58,272 nucleotides of DNA from Bacteroidales bacterium. GTDB lineage: Bacteria; Bacteroidota; Bacteroidia; Bacteroidales; JAIPAH01. Both the position numbers and the translations under genes were made by a program. How positions within the stretch are numbered: the first letter of the stretch is position 1; every line of letters begins with the position of its first letter. The DNA lies in NCBI GenBank assembly GCA_021740175.1, contig JAIPAH010000002.1:1-58272 (forward strand), written 5' to 3'. Below, piece after piece: positions 19,871-29,352 of this stretch. The notes beneath the pieces were generated by a model that was given only the letters and a program-made list of their open reading frames with translations, made no database searches and had not been told where the DNA came from.

Positions 19871-21473
19871 TAAAATTAGTTATATTAGAACGAATATGCT
19901 CTAATTCCTTGTTAACGTCCTGATAATCTTCGTCTAAACTAAATGTATCAATTAAATATTCATCGCTCAATGGCAGGGCAGTAAAGGTATTCTCAATTAT
20001 TCCATTGATTTCAAATGTTACATCCTTATCCCTGGTAGCATCTACATAAACGCCTAATCTACGCCCTTGACTGTCTTTGCCCTGAAAAGCTCGCTCCACT
20101 AAATTGCGTTTCCATTCATACGGCTTATCAAAGAGGACTTTTAGATTGGATTTCGTACTGTTCAATAAAACGCCCTTGCCTAATTTGGATAGTTTTTTCA
20201 CGTGGTTGGAATCCGGTATGCTTTCCAGTTCTGCATCAATAGCATAAATACGATTCTGTTTAGCAGATTCTTTTTCCCTAATGGAATTGAGTTTGTTTTC
20301 AATTTCTGTTTTATCAAATAACCCGTCCGCTACGGCATCAATTATTTTTCCTTTTTGCTTTTCTAAGGTTTTCAGGTCTTTTTCTAACTCGGTTTTCTCG
20401 GTTTGTAATCCGTCTATTTTTTGCATATCCGGGGCAGCCCTTCGCATGGCTTTTTCCAATCGTTCTACATCGCCAAACGTTTGTACTAATTGAATAACAA
20501 CGGCGGATTCAATTTCCTGAGCCGCAATCCAACGTGGATTATTGCATTTTTTGCGGCTGTGGGCGTGGTGTACATAGTAACGATTCCCACTACTGGTTGT
20601 GGTTCCACATAGTGCATATCCGCAATTCTTACAGAAAATCATCCGGCTTAATAGATACTTATTTTTGATTTGCCCGTGCTTATACGTTCTATTCGCCTCT
20701 GAACGTTCCTGAACGGCTTTTATGGTTTCATCATCTAATAAAGGCGGGATTTCCATTGTTATTTCCTCGTGAATATTCAACCGCTCGTTATTAAATTGTA
20801 CTTTCCACTGACTGCCTACTCGCTCTTTTAATATTCGCCACAAATTAGCAGTATTCATGCCTAAGGATTTAGCAATTTCATCAATTTTCTCGCCTTCCAA
20901 ATACCGATTGGCGGCTTGTTGAATCCGTTGTTGTTTTTCCTTATCCAATCCCCAGCCTTTTTCATCACTGTATGTTCTGCCATAAGGCAAATGTCCACTG
21001 GTAGGAATATTGCGTTTGGCTTTATTTATCCGATTGATAATGCTTTTTTGGCTTTGCATCATGGCGTGAAACTCGTTTATTTCCGCGCTCATGCCTAAAA
21101 ACATATTTTGTTCAGGATTAAATAAGTCATATTCCATTGTACCGACGAAAAAACGGATATTACTTTCTTTTAGAATCCTTAGCCCTTCTTTACTTTTCAA
21201 ATTATCTCGGCTCCAACGACTTGCATCGGTTACAATTACAGCATCAAATAAATCCTTATTACTGTCTTGTAACAATTTTTCCATTTTCTTCCGCTCATAT
21301 TCAGGTGTAGCGTGTTCCTGCCCGGTGTATTGCCAACAATGTTCAGGAATAACGCCATTCAACGCCCTTACATATTGTTTGATTTGCTCGGTTTGCGTTT
21401 TCAAACTCTCGCCCTTTGTCTGTTGGCCTTCGGTGGATACGCGGATAATTGGTGCGAATCTTAATTGTGCCAT
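19863..21473 (-). CDS. Large serine recombinase (native part, 537 codons); ORF reads through the junction into pglX
   Basis: Resolvase catalytic motif APIIRVSTEGQ with DASRWSRD. Recombinase domain GHLPYGRTY. Zinc ribbon CKNCGYALCG..(x)..HSRKKC. Coiled-coil region. No stop codon before the element boundary at 19863. Confidence 0.9.
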
Positions 21474-21526
21474 TGTTCTAATCTATTCTGAGTTTATAAA
21501 TCTTATCATTTATTATTTGTTTGGTT

Positions 21527-21811
21527 CTACTTTGCTGACTTTTTAGGGCTCCATAATTTCTTACAATCCTGGCATTCGTAAGTGCCTCCGGCAAATGGTG
21601 ATATTAAACCGAAAAGAAATGCTCCCGCCCCAATAACAATCAACGGAATACCGATAATCGGAAACATTAGAAGCCAAATTCCGCATCCTGTAAGACCAAG
21701 ACCGCCTAAAATAAATTTAATTGTATGCTCTGCTGCTGTGGTTTTCTTCTGTCTGGTTGAACCGCATTGCGGGCATTGTGGGACTTCATTTTGCTCATTT
21801 TGATTTGTCAT
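21527..21811 (-). CDS. Small zinc-ribbon membrane protein
   Basis: CPQCGS near the N-terminus and CQDCKK near the C-terminus, with two TM helices between them. Confidence 0.5.
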   Translation of the reverse strand: MTNQNEQNEVPQCPQCGSTRQKKTTAAEHTIKFILGGLGLTGCGIWLLMFPIIGIPLIVIGAGAFLFGLISPFAGGTYECQDCKKLWSPKKSAK

Positions 21812-21829
21812 TGTTCTAATTTTTTTGGA

Positions 21830-22465
21830 TTAATATTCGATTCGTTTAATATTCGATTCATTGTCGTCTGGTACAAGGTCGGCATATAACAGCGTCATAT
21901 TGATATTAGAGTGCCCCAGGTACTTTTTCACTTTCAGCAAATCCTTTGTACTCTTGTAAAGATACGTTGCGTACGTGTGCCGGGCGTTATGGATGCTGTA
22001 TTTCTTTGACAATCCTGCCGTTTCAACCGCCTTTTCCCAGCTTTTCATGAGTGTTATTGTTGGCGGGTGATTCCCGTTCCTGCCTGCAAACAATGGCGCA
22101 TTTTTATCAATGGATTGGCCTAATGTCTTTTGTTTGTAGCTTATGAAGTTTTTCAGGTGCGAGCATAGACCGGATTCAATGTACACGAAACGCTGTTTTT
22201 TCCTTTTCCCGCTCCTGACAATTAGATAAGGATTTTTTCCTGTGGTGTTAATGTCGCCAATCGTTAAGGCTGCCAGTTCCATAACTCGCAAACCGCTATA
22301 CAAAGCTAAATCAACAAGCATGTAACGGACAGGCTTTGTTTTCCTACCTTTCATTAAATCTAATTCCGAACGTTCACGACACGTTTTTAATAATGTCTTT
22401 TGTTCGTCTTCATCCAGAAACTTTTCCGGTGTGATTACGTAGTTTGAAATTTCTCGGGCTGCCAT
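21830..22465 (-). CDS. Short tyrosine recombinase (catalytic domain only)
   Basis: GLRVMEL (box I Arg), HNARHTYATYLY (H-x-x-R) and LGHSNINMTLLYADL (His/Tyr). At 211 aa it lacks a long N-terminal core-binding domain. Confidence 0.85.
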   Translation of the reverse strand: MAAREISNYVITPEKFLDEDEQKTLLKTCRERSELDLMKGRKTKPVRYMLVDLALYSGLRVMELAALTIGDINTTGKNPYLIVRSGKRKKQRFVYIESGLCSHLKNFISYKQKTLGQSIDKNAPLFAGRNGNHPPTITLMKSWEKAVETAGLSKKYSIHNARHTYATYLYKSTKDLLKVKKYLGHSNINMTLLYADLVPDDNESNIKRIEY

Positions 22466-22702
22466 AATGTAGATTTTTAGTGTAAATATTTTATAGTTTA
22501 TTTAATTGTTTTTATATAATACCTTTAAAAAATCAATTAGATTTTATATATTATATAATATTTGCTATAAAATTAATATAAAAATTGGAACATTCCTGAC
22601 ATATGACCGAATAATTTTAAAATTATTTGTTAAAAATATTTATCACATTCAGCATCCACAAGCAATCTCAGCACTTCCATAACACGAACAATATTTTACA
22701 AG

Positions 22703-23413
22703 TCAACGTAAACGAGTGTATGGAATTGGGCGTGGACGCACAGGCTTTGTTTTATCGGTATTTTCTTCGTTCTCCTGAACGTTCTCCTTTTCCTTATATC
22801 CTTGTTTATCCTTTTCGTCTGTTACAGGCGAAGTTTTCGGGGTTTTTGTACGGGTCATAGGTTTTGTTTGTGGTTTCCTTAATTCCCACGCAAAGTAACT
22901 TTCATCAATAACCGTATTGGAATGCTCGTCTGTCATTTTCGCATACAACTGGTTAAATACCGATAATTCAGTCCGGTTTAGCTTGGAGAATGCCTTTTCT
23001 AATTCAAACTCATGTTCCTGTTCTGTTTGGTGCTGTGCTTGCTCCTGCTCCGCCTGTTTGCTTTGGTGATACGCATACGATATTTTAGATAATAGCTCTA
23101 ATATGTTTCGTTGCTCACTAATCGCTTTTAAAGCCATTCCATCCCGCTGTTTATTATAATTCCTGTCAAATATATCCTTTGCCTTAGTCAGGATGTCATC
23201 GATCTTATCAAACAAATTAAATCCTTCATCTAATGATTTCCTTTCATATGCCTGTTGGATTTGCCTACTTAAATGATTCTGCATATGGTTACGCACTGTA
23301 TAATAAGCCATACCATACTTTTTAGAAATTTGCAGAAAGGATTCACCCCCCATGTAAGCCCTTTCCATTTCGAGTTTATACTCGTCTTTGCATAAATCAC
23401 ATCTATCTGCCAT
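22703..23413 (-). CDS. HTH-containing protein (regulator or small-terminase-like), function uncertain
   Basis: N-terminal C.LC followed by ..FLQISKKYGMAYYTVRNHMQNHL (HTH-like), then a coiled-coil and an acidic/basic tail. Confidence 0.35.
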   Translation of the reverse strand: MADRCDLCKDEYKLEMERAYMGGESFLQISKKYGMAYYTVRNHMQNHLSRQIQQAYERKSLDEGFNLFDKIDDILTKAKDIFDRNYNKQRDGMALKAISEQRNILELLSKISYAYHQSKQAEQEQAQHQTEQEHEFELEKAFSKLNRTELSVFNQLYAKMTDEHSNTVIDESYFAWELRKPQTKPMTRTKTPKTSPVTDEKDKQGYKEKENVQENEENTDKTKPVRPRPIPYTRLR

Positions 23414-23414
23414 T

Positions 23415-23726
23415 TTATTTTCCTCCTTTTAGCCCGTTAATTAATTCTGTTAATTTGATATTTCTATGTTTTGTTCTTATTATTGCCTTAAACCCTTGAT
23501 TTTCATACCTTTCTATAAATTCTGGTAGTTCATCTGCTATTATTGCTGGCTCGGATTGGATTTCCTTAGTCTGTCTCTGGAATGATACAATATCAATTAG
23601 CCAGCAATCTGGGTCTGCTGTGCAAATGAGAATAGAATTGGATGAATGAGTTTTACTCAATATTCCGATTCGTTTGTAGTTTTTATATCTTTTGGATAGC
23701 TTCATCTTATTATTCTTTTGGGTCAA
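23415..23726 (-). CDS. Hypothetical protein
   Basis: 103-aa ORF, tightly packed with its neighbours on the same strand. Confidence 0.4.
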   Translation of the reverse strand: MTQKNNKMKLSKRYKNYKRIGILSKTHSSNSILICTADPDCWLIDIVSFQRQTKEIQSEPAIIADELPEFIERYENQGFKAIIRTKHRNIKLTELINGLKGGK

Positions 23727-23885
23727 TTATTCTTATTATTTATCCATTAGTAAAAATTAGATTAAAAATTGTGTGCAATCTCTCTCCCTTATTTATGTTT
23801 ATAATATATTTTATATAGTATTTTATATTGTATTTAATACGGGTTCTAAAACTTATTGATAACCAATTAATTATAAAGATTTTTA

Positions 23886-24013
23886 TTCTCCATTTATAGT
23901 TAAACCATTCTCCATTTATAGTTAAACCATTCTCCATTTATAGTTAAACCATTCTCCATTTATAGGTCGCTATTTTCCATTTATAGGTCGCTATTTTCCA
24001 TTTATAGGTCTGA
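23886..24013. repeat. Six tandem 21-22-bp iterons (putative replication origin)
   Basis: TTCTCCATTTATAGTTAAACCA occurs three times (23886-23951). TT(C/T)TCCATTTATAGGTCGCTA occurs twice (23952-23993), plus one partial copy. The array abuts and overlaps the 3' end of the Rep-like gene. Confidence 0.8.
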
Positions 24014-25657
24014 TTGTTTTAAATTAGATGTAGATTTATATTTTTCTTCTTTTCCAGTTAAATTCTCTGTTCCGAACTTCATCCCGGTTTGTTCATCCTT
24101 ATATTTCCATTTAACTTTCATTACTTTACTTGGATATTCGCCTTCATCACCTGTTGCAGACATACTACCGATAGTTACCTTGGATTTTCCTTTTCCTTTT
24201 CGATTCATGGCCTCCTCTAATTTGATAAACTTTTCCCGTAAACTTCGCCCGGATTCAATTTGTGGCGTGAATCGGTCATTTATATTCTTAGCATACCACG
24301 ACAAGGCGTTTTCTATCCGCTCAATACTTACTTTGTTTTCCTCCACTAATAACCGAATATCATTGCTCCAATTCTGTTCCTGTTTTACGGTGCAGCGAAT
24401 ACCTCTTTCATTTTCAATAATCGTAGCGAGCTTTTCAGCTAATGGATAATATTTAGAGTTTACAGGCTTTTCGGATAGGGTTTTGGGTTTGCTGCTATTA
24501 GGCTCATTAATTGCAGCACTTTTGTATTGATTGGTTCCTCTGCCACCTGAATGACTACTCGCAACTTCTCCCTTTTCCTGGCCTTGTTTGATAGGCATAA
24601 TATTGACTTTATCCCGTTCAATCTCAAAACGCCCGATAAGTCCTCTTTTCATTAACTTGTTTAATGTAGTTTTAATCTCAAACCGAATATTTGCCATGCT
24701 TTTTTGTTCTGATTGCAGCCCTCCTAATCCGGTTAATTCATACATTTTCCTGATTCCAATGTTAGATAATCGCCCGTATTGATTAAATGACTTTTGCCGC
24801 ATTAAGAAGTAATAAATATTAGCTTCCCGGCTCGGTAACTTGAAATAAATTTCTGGTTTCATAAACGGGTATCCTTCATCAATAAGGTCAACAAAATTCT
24901 TATCCATAAAAATTTCAATCTCAAAAGATGAATCCTCCTCTAATTCCACAGCCCCGTCTAAAATACCGCCAATCATTCTTTTCCCATTTTTATTTTTTAG
25001 AGTTATAACACACCCCCGCAATCGTTCTAAACTATTCCAAATGGCCTCTTTGGTTTTTTTATCATAGGGATTAGCTTTTTGAAGCATTTGGCCTATTTCT
25101 GTCATGGTGGTAGTAAAATAAATATTCTTTCTATTGATTTCCGTTTTCTTCATTCGTTTGATAAGCAATAAAGCGAGTGTCGTTTTCGCATCCTCCGCAG
25201 TTAATGCTGTTCCTTTGATTTCCATTGTTGTTAGGCCATATTTTCGCTCTAACGGTTGTGAAAGCTCAATGAATTTACCTTCCCTTTTATTTAAACATAG
25301 GAAAGGTGTGGGAGCTACAAAATCATTTGGTAACCCTTTATAATCGGTTTCAAAAAATCCTTTGTATTGCGGTTTAATAAGGGGTTTTATAAGTCTCCGA
25401 GCTTGCGGATTGAATTTTTTTGCAATATCTACTACATCTTTTTCATGATGAGCCCTGATAAAGCGGTTAATTCCTTTCTTCATATCAGTTTTAATGGCTT
25501 CAATACTTTGTGTATCGTTATCTGTTGTTTGCCATAGGTCTTCGTATTTACTATAAAGCTCGTTACAATTCTCAAAATATTTACTGACTTGATATAGAGT
25601 GGATAAATATTTTTGTAATTCCGTCTTTTTCTTTGTTGGTTGTTTTGTCCTTTTCAT
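24002..25657 (-). CDS. Putative replication initiator (Rep/winged-helix-like)
   Basis: 551 aa. Central region ..IYYFLMRQKSFNQYGRLSNIGIRKMYELTGLGG.. is reminiscent of RepA/Rep_3 initiators. Iteron array lies immediately downstream. The assignment is mostly contextual. Confidence 0.5.
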   Translation of the reverse strand: MKRTKQPTKKKTELQKYLSTLYQVSKYFENCNELYSKYEDLWQTTDNDTQSIEAIKTDMKKGINRFIRAHHEKDVVDIAKKFNPQARRLIKPLIKPQYKGFFETDYKGLPNDFVAPTPFLCLNKREGKFIELSQPLERKYGLTTMEIKGTALTAEDAKTTLALLLIKRMKKTEINRKNIYFTTTMTEIGQMLQKANPYDKKTKEAIWNSLERLRGCVITLKNKNGKRMIGGILDGAVELEEDSSFEIEIFMDKNFVDLIDEGYPFMKPEIYFKLPSREANIYYFLMRQKSFNQYGRLSNIGIRKMYELTGLGGLQSEQKSMANIRFEIKTTLNKLMKRGLIGRFEIERDKVNIMPIKQGQEKGEVASSHSGGRGTNQYKSAAINEPNSSKPKTLSEKPVNSKYYPLAEKLATIIENERGIRCTVKQEQNWSNDIRLLVEENKVSIERIENALSWYAKNINDRFTPQIESGRSLREKFIKLEEAMNRKGKGKSKVTIGSMSATGDEGEYPSKVMKVKWKYKDEQTGMKFGTENLTGKEEKYKSTSNLKQSDL

Positions 25658-25704
25658 AATACATCATTTTATCATTCTACATTCTGTCCATTCCTTTTTT
25701 ATAA

Positions 25705-25773
25705 GTCTGAGCTAAGGAGCAGTAGAGGAACGAACAAAACTACTGCCCCACAGCTCCGGCAGCTGCCTCAGAC
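25705..25773. other. GC-rich multi-hairpin palindromic element upstream of rep
   Basis: The outer stem GTCTGAG/CTCAGAC (25705-11 / 25767-73) encloses the GCAGTAG/CTACTGC hairpin (25719-25 / 25740-46) and the palindrome GGCAGCTGCC (25758-67). Confidence 0.5.
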
Positions 25774-25850
25774 CCTATATGTTGCCCGGCGGTCGTAATC
25801 CAGTACAAAAACTACAACCCTTTTTTTGGCTTTCCGGGCAATGTCTTTAG

Positions 25851-26012
25851 TTATTCAATTGCTTCTTTTAATATTTTTGATAAGTAAAAAGCATATCCAG
25901 CCCAAAAAGCTATTACGATTCCCGTTATGATATTTTCATCTATAAAATTGTACATGCTAAATCCTATCAATGCCACTGCTATGCTTAGCAAAAAATATCT
26001 TATCGTTTTCAT
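25851..26012 (-). CDS. Possible 53-aa two-TM membrane peptide (below ORF-track cutoff)
   Basis: My own translation: MKTIRYFLLSIAVALIGFSMYNFIDENIITGIVIAFWAGYAFYLSKILKEAIE. Same strand as all other element genes. Confidence 0.35.
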   Translation of the reverse strand: MKTIRYFLLSIAVALIGFSMYNFIDENIITGIVIAFWAGYAFYLSKILKEAIE

Positions 26013-26186
26013 GGTTCATCTTTATTTTATAATACGATTTCATCTCATTTCAATTAAAGAAGGGAGCCGGATGAAAGCACGACCCCCTTCAAACCAAAAA
26101 AAGAGAGAACAAACCAAACCACAAACCAGCATTGCCGTAGAAAATGCTGAAACAAAATCCAACGCCGCCAGTTTGTATCTTAAATA

Positions 26187-26972
26187 TCATTTTACGGATT
26201 CCTTTTCCAATTCAAAATCCTTTCCGTCCCATTTAGGGAGCGGCGCTTTGACGTTCGCCCGCATCATGGATTTTTTGCCTTCATCTTTCGCTTTTGCTCG
26301 TTCTAATTTTGTTAATCTCCTACATTCGAGCTTCCACGTAGATACAAGCGTAAAGTAATCCGAAGTTTTCATTCCGTTGTAAGGACTTCGTTCATCCTTA
26401 ATCCTTAAAACTTTTTTGGAATCCGGTTCAACGTTTTGCCCGTCAATCTCGCAAAGGACTCCGCCTCGCATTTTCCCAGCACCCTGTAAACCATGTTTCA
26501 GGACTCGGCCTTTAGCAATCTTTTCTTTTTCCTTTTGGACTTTATCGAGCCTACGTTTAATCGAATCCAGCTCCAATTTGGTAACATCGTAATATGCTTC
26601 CGCCTTAAACATTTTCTCCGCAATATGTGGCGGGTATTCCGTTGGCTTTGCCCTGCCTGCATTTACCTTTTCTTGTTGGTATTCCTGCCAACTGGTTTCA
26701 GCATCTTTCAGATGAGCTTTCGCAATGTTCATTTTACTATCCCGATTCTCGTTTCTCTCCTGATAGTAAAACATCCCGTCTTCCGGGCGTCCTTCCCATT
26801 CGAGCCGCATAGATTTCAGAAATACCGGGTCATCCAAACTGCCTGACACTGAAAAATCTTCTACAAACTGATTATTCAGTATTGCGCTTTCCTTCCGGTG
26901 CTTGTCATACTTTTTATCATAAGCCGGATGCTGCCCGATTTGATACCTTCGTTTTCCACTATTGTTTCCCAT
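26187..26972 (-). CDS. Hypothetical charged protein (phage-like context)
   Basis: 261-aa ORF, same strand, 10 nt after the upstream gene. No family recognised. Confidence 0.45.
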   Translation of the reverse strand: MGNNSGKRRYQIGQHPAYDKKYDKHRKESAILNNQFVEDFSVSGSLDDPVFLKSMRLEWEGRPEDGMFYYQERNENRDSKMNIAKAHLKDAETSWQEYQQEKVNAGRAKPTEYPPHIAEKMFKAEAYYDVTKLELDSIKRRLDKVQKEKEKIAKGRVLKHGLQGAGKMRGGVLCEIDGQNVEPDSKKVLRIKDERSPYNGMKTSDYFTLVSTWKLECRRLTKLERAKAKDEGKKSMMRANVKAPLPKWDGKDFELEKESVK

Positions 26973-26982
26973 TGTTGCCTCC

Positions 26983-27762
26983 TTATTTTACGTTAGGCAA
27001 CAACAATCCGTCATCGCCTTCATTCTCGTTTTCTTCTACTTTGTTATAAGCAGTAGGCAGCAAGATTCCCTGTTTTTCTGCCTCTGCCTGTAAGGTTTTT
27101 AAACCTTTTTCATCCTTGTTTTCTTTGGGTTTCTCCACTCCATTTGGCGGAAACAATCCCATGTCCTGTAAAGTGTCCATTTCAACCTCCTTATTTACGT
27201 TATTTATCATTATTTCTCCAGCCTGTGTGGCCAGTTCTTTTAATCTACTATTTGTTCTAATCCCGCATCCGTCAGCCCAGCTACATGCACCCCTTTCATT
27301 TGGTAACAGCGCCAGGTGGTCTGGTTCCATAGCAATCGAACTCATATAGTATTCATTATCGTTATATGTACCGTAGGTTTCCGTTTCTTCTGAGAATACC
27401 CCTGCGCTAACTTCTTTCACGCTTTGTATCTCCGTTAATCGGTTATGATTGGATGGAATCTCAATTTTAGCTTTGATTCCTTTTTTGCTATTGTCATATT
27501 GCGGTTGGGTTACTTTTCCGATAATCTCGTCCGGAGCTTCTTTTACGCTAATCGGTTCTCCATTTCGCACTGGATGGTTGATAACAACGGGCGTTCCTTC
27601 CCATTTGCTCGCATTGTCTCGTAATACGTGCGCAGGCCAAAAGATTGGACCGCGGCTTCCGTGATGCACGCCTTCAACCATTATTATGACCGGGGCAACT
27701 GCCTTGTTTCCGACAAGCTGCCACGGGCTGGTTAAATTAACTGTTATTGATTGTCTTTTCAT
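26983..27762 (-). CDS. Phage-like protein, possibly DUF2213 / prohead protease-scaffold-like
   Basis: VEGVHHGSRGPIFWPAHVLRDNASKWEGTPVVINHP resembles the N-terminal signature I recall for DUF2213 phage proteins. Acidic C-terminal tail. Confidence 0.35.
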   Translation of the reverse strand: MKRQSITVNLTSPWQLVGNKAVAPVIIMVEGVHHGSRGPIFWPAHVLRDNASKWEGTPVVINHPVRNGEPISVKEAPDEIIGKVTQPQYDNSKKGIKAKIEIPSNHNRLTEIQSVKEVSAGVFSEETETYGTYNDNEYYMSSIAMEPDHLALLPNERGACSWADGCGIRTNSRLKELATQAGEIMINNVNKEVEMDTLQDMGLFPPNGVEKPKENKDEKGLKTLQAEAEKQGILLPTAYNKVEENENEGDDGLLLPNVK

Positions 27763-28219
27763 AGCTTAATCGTTTTTGAAGGTCTGACATATATTTTTTC
27801 TCCTCTTCGGCAAAGTCCACTCCATCTCGTCTCAATTGCATTTCAGCTCGGGTTTTTTCCATCAATAAAAAACGGTCGAAAAAGGATTTTGCGCTAACGA
27901 GAAAAGATAACTTCTCATTCATCGGTAAACCCTGAATCTTTGTGAAAACCTTGTAAAATGCTTGCTCCACTTCGTAGGGGGCCATGGGCTTGCCTTTCAT
28001 TGGCATTTCTCGGTTATTCAACCAGTCAATCGGTCCTAATTCTACTTCCAGAAGTTCCCGGACTTTCGGCCCTGGGTTATTTGTACCGTTTTCAATAAAG
28101 CTGATTGTCACTGTGGAAACGCCTGACTTAGCGGCTAACTCCGTTTGTGTTAATCCCGCTCTTTTTCTCACATTTTGCAGAGAATAGTATCTCATTTTTT
28201 TATCGTATTTAAGTACCAA
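27737..28219 (-). CDS. XRE-family HTH regulator
   Basis: LQNVRKRAGLTQTELAAKSGVSTVTISFIENGTNNP is a canonical Cro/C1 HTH. The start may be the internal Met (MRYYSLQN). Confidence 0.8.
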   Translation of the reverse strand: MVLKYDKKMRYYSLQNVRKRAGLTQTELAAKSGVSTVTISFIENGTNNPGPKVRELLEVELGPIDWLNNREMPMKGKPMAPYEVEQAFYKVFTKIQGLPMNEKLSFLVSAKSFFDRFLLMEKTRAEMQLRRDGVDFAEEEKKYMSDLQKRLSYEKTINNS

Positions 28220-28623
28220 AATTCATTTACAAGATTAAAATTAATATCTTCCCTTAATAAAACCTAATAAAATCATAATAGTTATTAACAATTTTTTATA
28301 TGTTTGTTAATTATATTATATTAATCAATTGCAATCCAATCCATTAACCTTTTATTTAAAATATATATTAATTATTAATATTTTTAAAATATATGCTTAA
28401 GTTTTAAACTTTGGGGTTTATTTTATACTTTTAATCAGATACTTGCGAAAGTCTAAAACACGAAATGAACGGCTCTAATAAACGTTCGGGGTAATATGGG
28501 TATAATATACTGGAAAGGATAGAACGTTTATGAGAGCTTAAATTTGACACCTTATTTGCTTTTTAAATCGGAATTGATTAATTTAGTCAGGTTATGTATA
28601 ATATTGCGATTAGGGTTGAGATG

Positions 28624-28663
28624 AAAAAGCCCGGCCATTTCGAGGAAAGGTCGGGCTTTGTTA
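28624..28663. terminator. Rho-independent-type hairpin downstream of lipoprotein gene
   Basis: GCCCGGCC (28629-36) pairs with GGTCGGGC (28649-56), 8 bp with one G-U. Flanked by AAAAA on one side and TTTGTTATT on the other. Confidence 0.5.
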
Positions 28664-28697
28664 TTATATTAAAATTTAATTATCAATTAGTGCCAGT

Positions 28698-29330
28698 TTA
28701 TTTTATGTCTTCAAATCTCTTAATTTTAAAATTACGTGTTAATATTATTTGTGTATCAAGTGTTCTCTGGGTTAAATCAGCTTCTGTTGCAGTGATTTTA
28801 GCAGTTACCAAATAATATCTAAAAGTCAATGAGTCCAGAGTAGGGTTATTCAAGTCACCCATTAAAGTACCAAGTCTAATTTGATCTTCCGTTTCTTCTT
28901 CTATCATTTGTTGGATTTCTTTTTCCGCTGATTCTTTTAGCGTCTCATTTTCGTAAACACCCAATTCTCTGTTCAAGGCAATTTTCTTCGATTTTAATTT
29001 TCGTAACTTTCTATTTTTTTTAATTTCTTGCCGTAAAGCATTAAGTTTCATTGTCAAAATAGATTTATCTGTCAAGGTGTCAATACGCTTTATTGTTATT
29101 GAATCAATTGTAATTTTCTCCTCCTCTTTCTTTTGAAGGTCTTCAAGATTCTTGGTGATAAATGTAGTTACTGTTTCTGAAATATTCTCTCTATAGTCTT
29201 TTTTTTCACCTTCTTTTTTGTGGTTAGTGTCAGAGCAAGATAAAAGAGTAGTAATGAAAATTACTAATGTCAGAGTGTTTAATAAGATTTTCATTTTTGT
29301 ATGTTTTTGTTTATAAATTGGAGCTAACAA
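28698..29330 (-). CDS. Lipoprotein with coiled-coil region (element cargo)
   Basis: MKILLNTLTLVIFITTLLSC lipobox. The likely start is the internal Met at 29294. K/E-rich. Confidence 0.55.
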   Translation of the reverse strand: MLAPIYKQKHTKMKILLNTLTLVIFITTLLSCSDTNHKKEGEKKDYRENISETVTTFITKNLEDLQKKEEEKITIDSITIKRIDTLTDKSILTMKLNALRQEIKKNRKLRKLKSKKIALNRELGVYENETLKESAEKEIQQMIEEETEDQIRLGTLMGDLNNPTLDSLTFRYYLVTAKITATEADLTQRTLDTQIILTRNFKIKRFEDIK

Positions 29331-29352
29331 CTAAATATTAATAATTATTTTT

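Noticed and set aside
17139-21473. The 1444-aa ORF as a genuine bifunctional recombinase-methyltransferase gene
   Set aside because: The N-terminal 537 aa form a complete large serine recombinase. The rest is the exact continuation of the pglX fragment at 30096-30812, and the 8-bp repeat marks the joint. The fusion is a consequence of integration, although it may still be translated.
21091-21546. 151-aa plus-strand ORF across the recombinase start
   Set aside because: It is antisense to the recombinase N-terminus and to the intergenic region. It has no motifs, and every other gene in the element is on the minus strand.
23740-23937. 65-aa minus-strand ORF
   Set aside because: It runs through the iteron array and AT-rich DNA, and its translation is repeat-derived (..IKYNIKYYIKYI..).
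25927-26358. 143-aa plus-strand ORF
   Set aside because: It overlaps, antisense, both the 53-aa membrane-peptide ORF and the 3' end of 26187..26972. It is on the opposite strand to all element genes.
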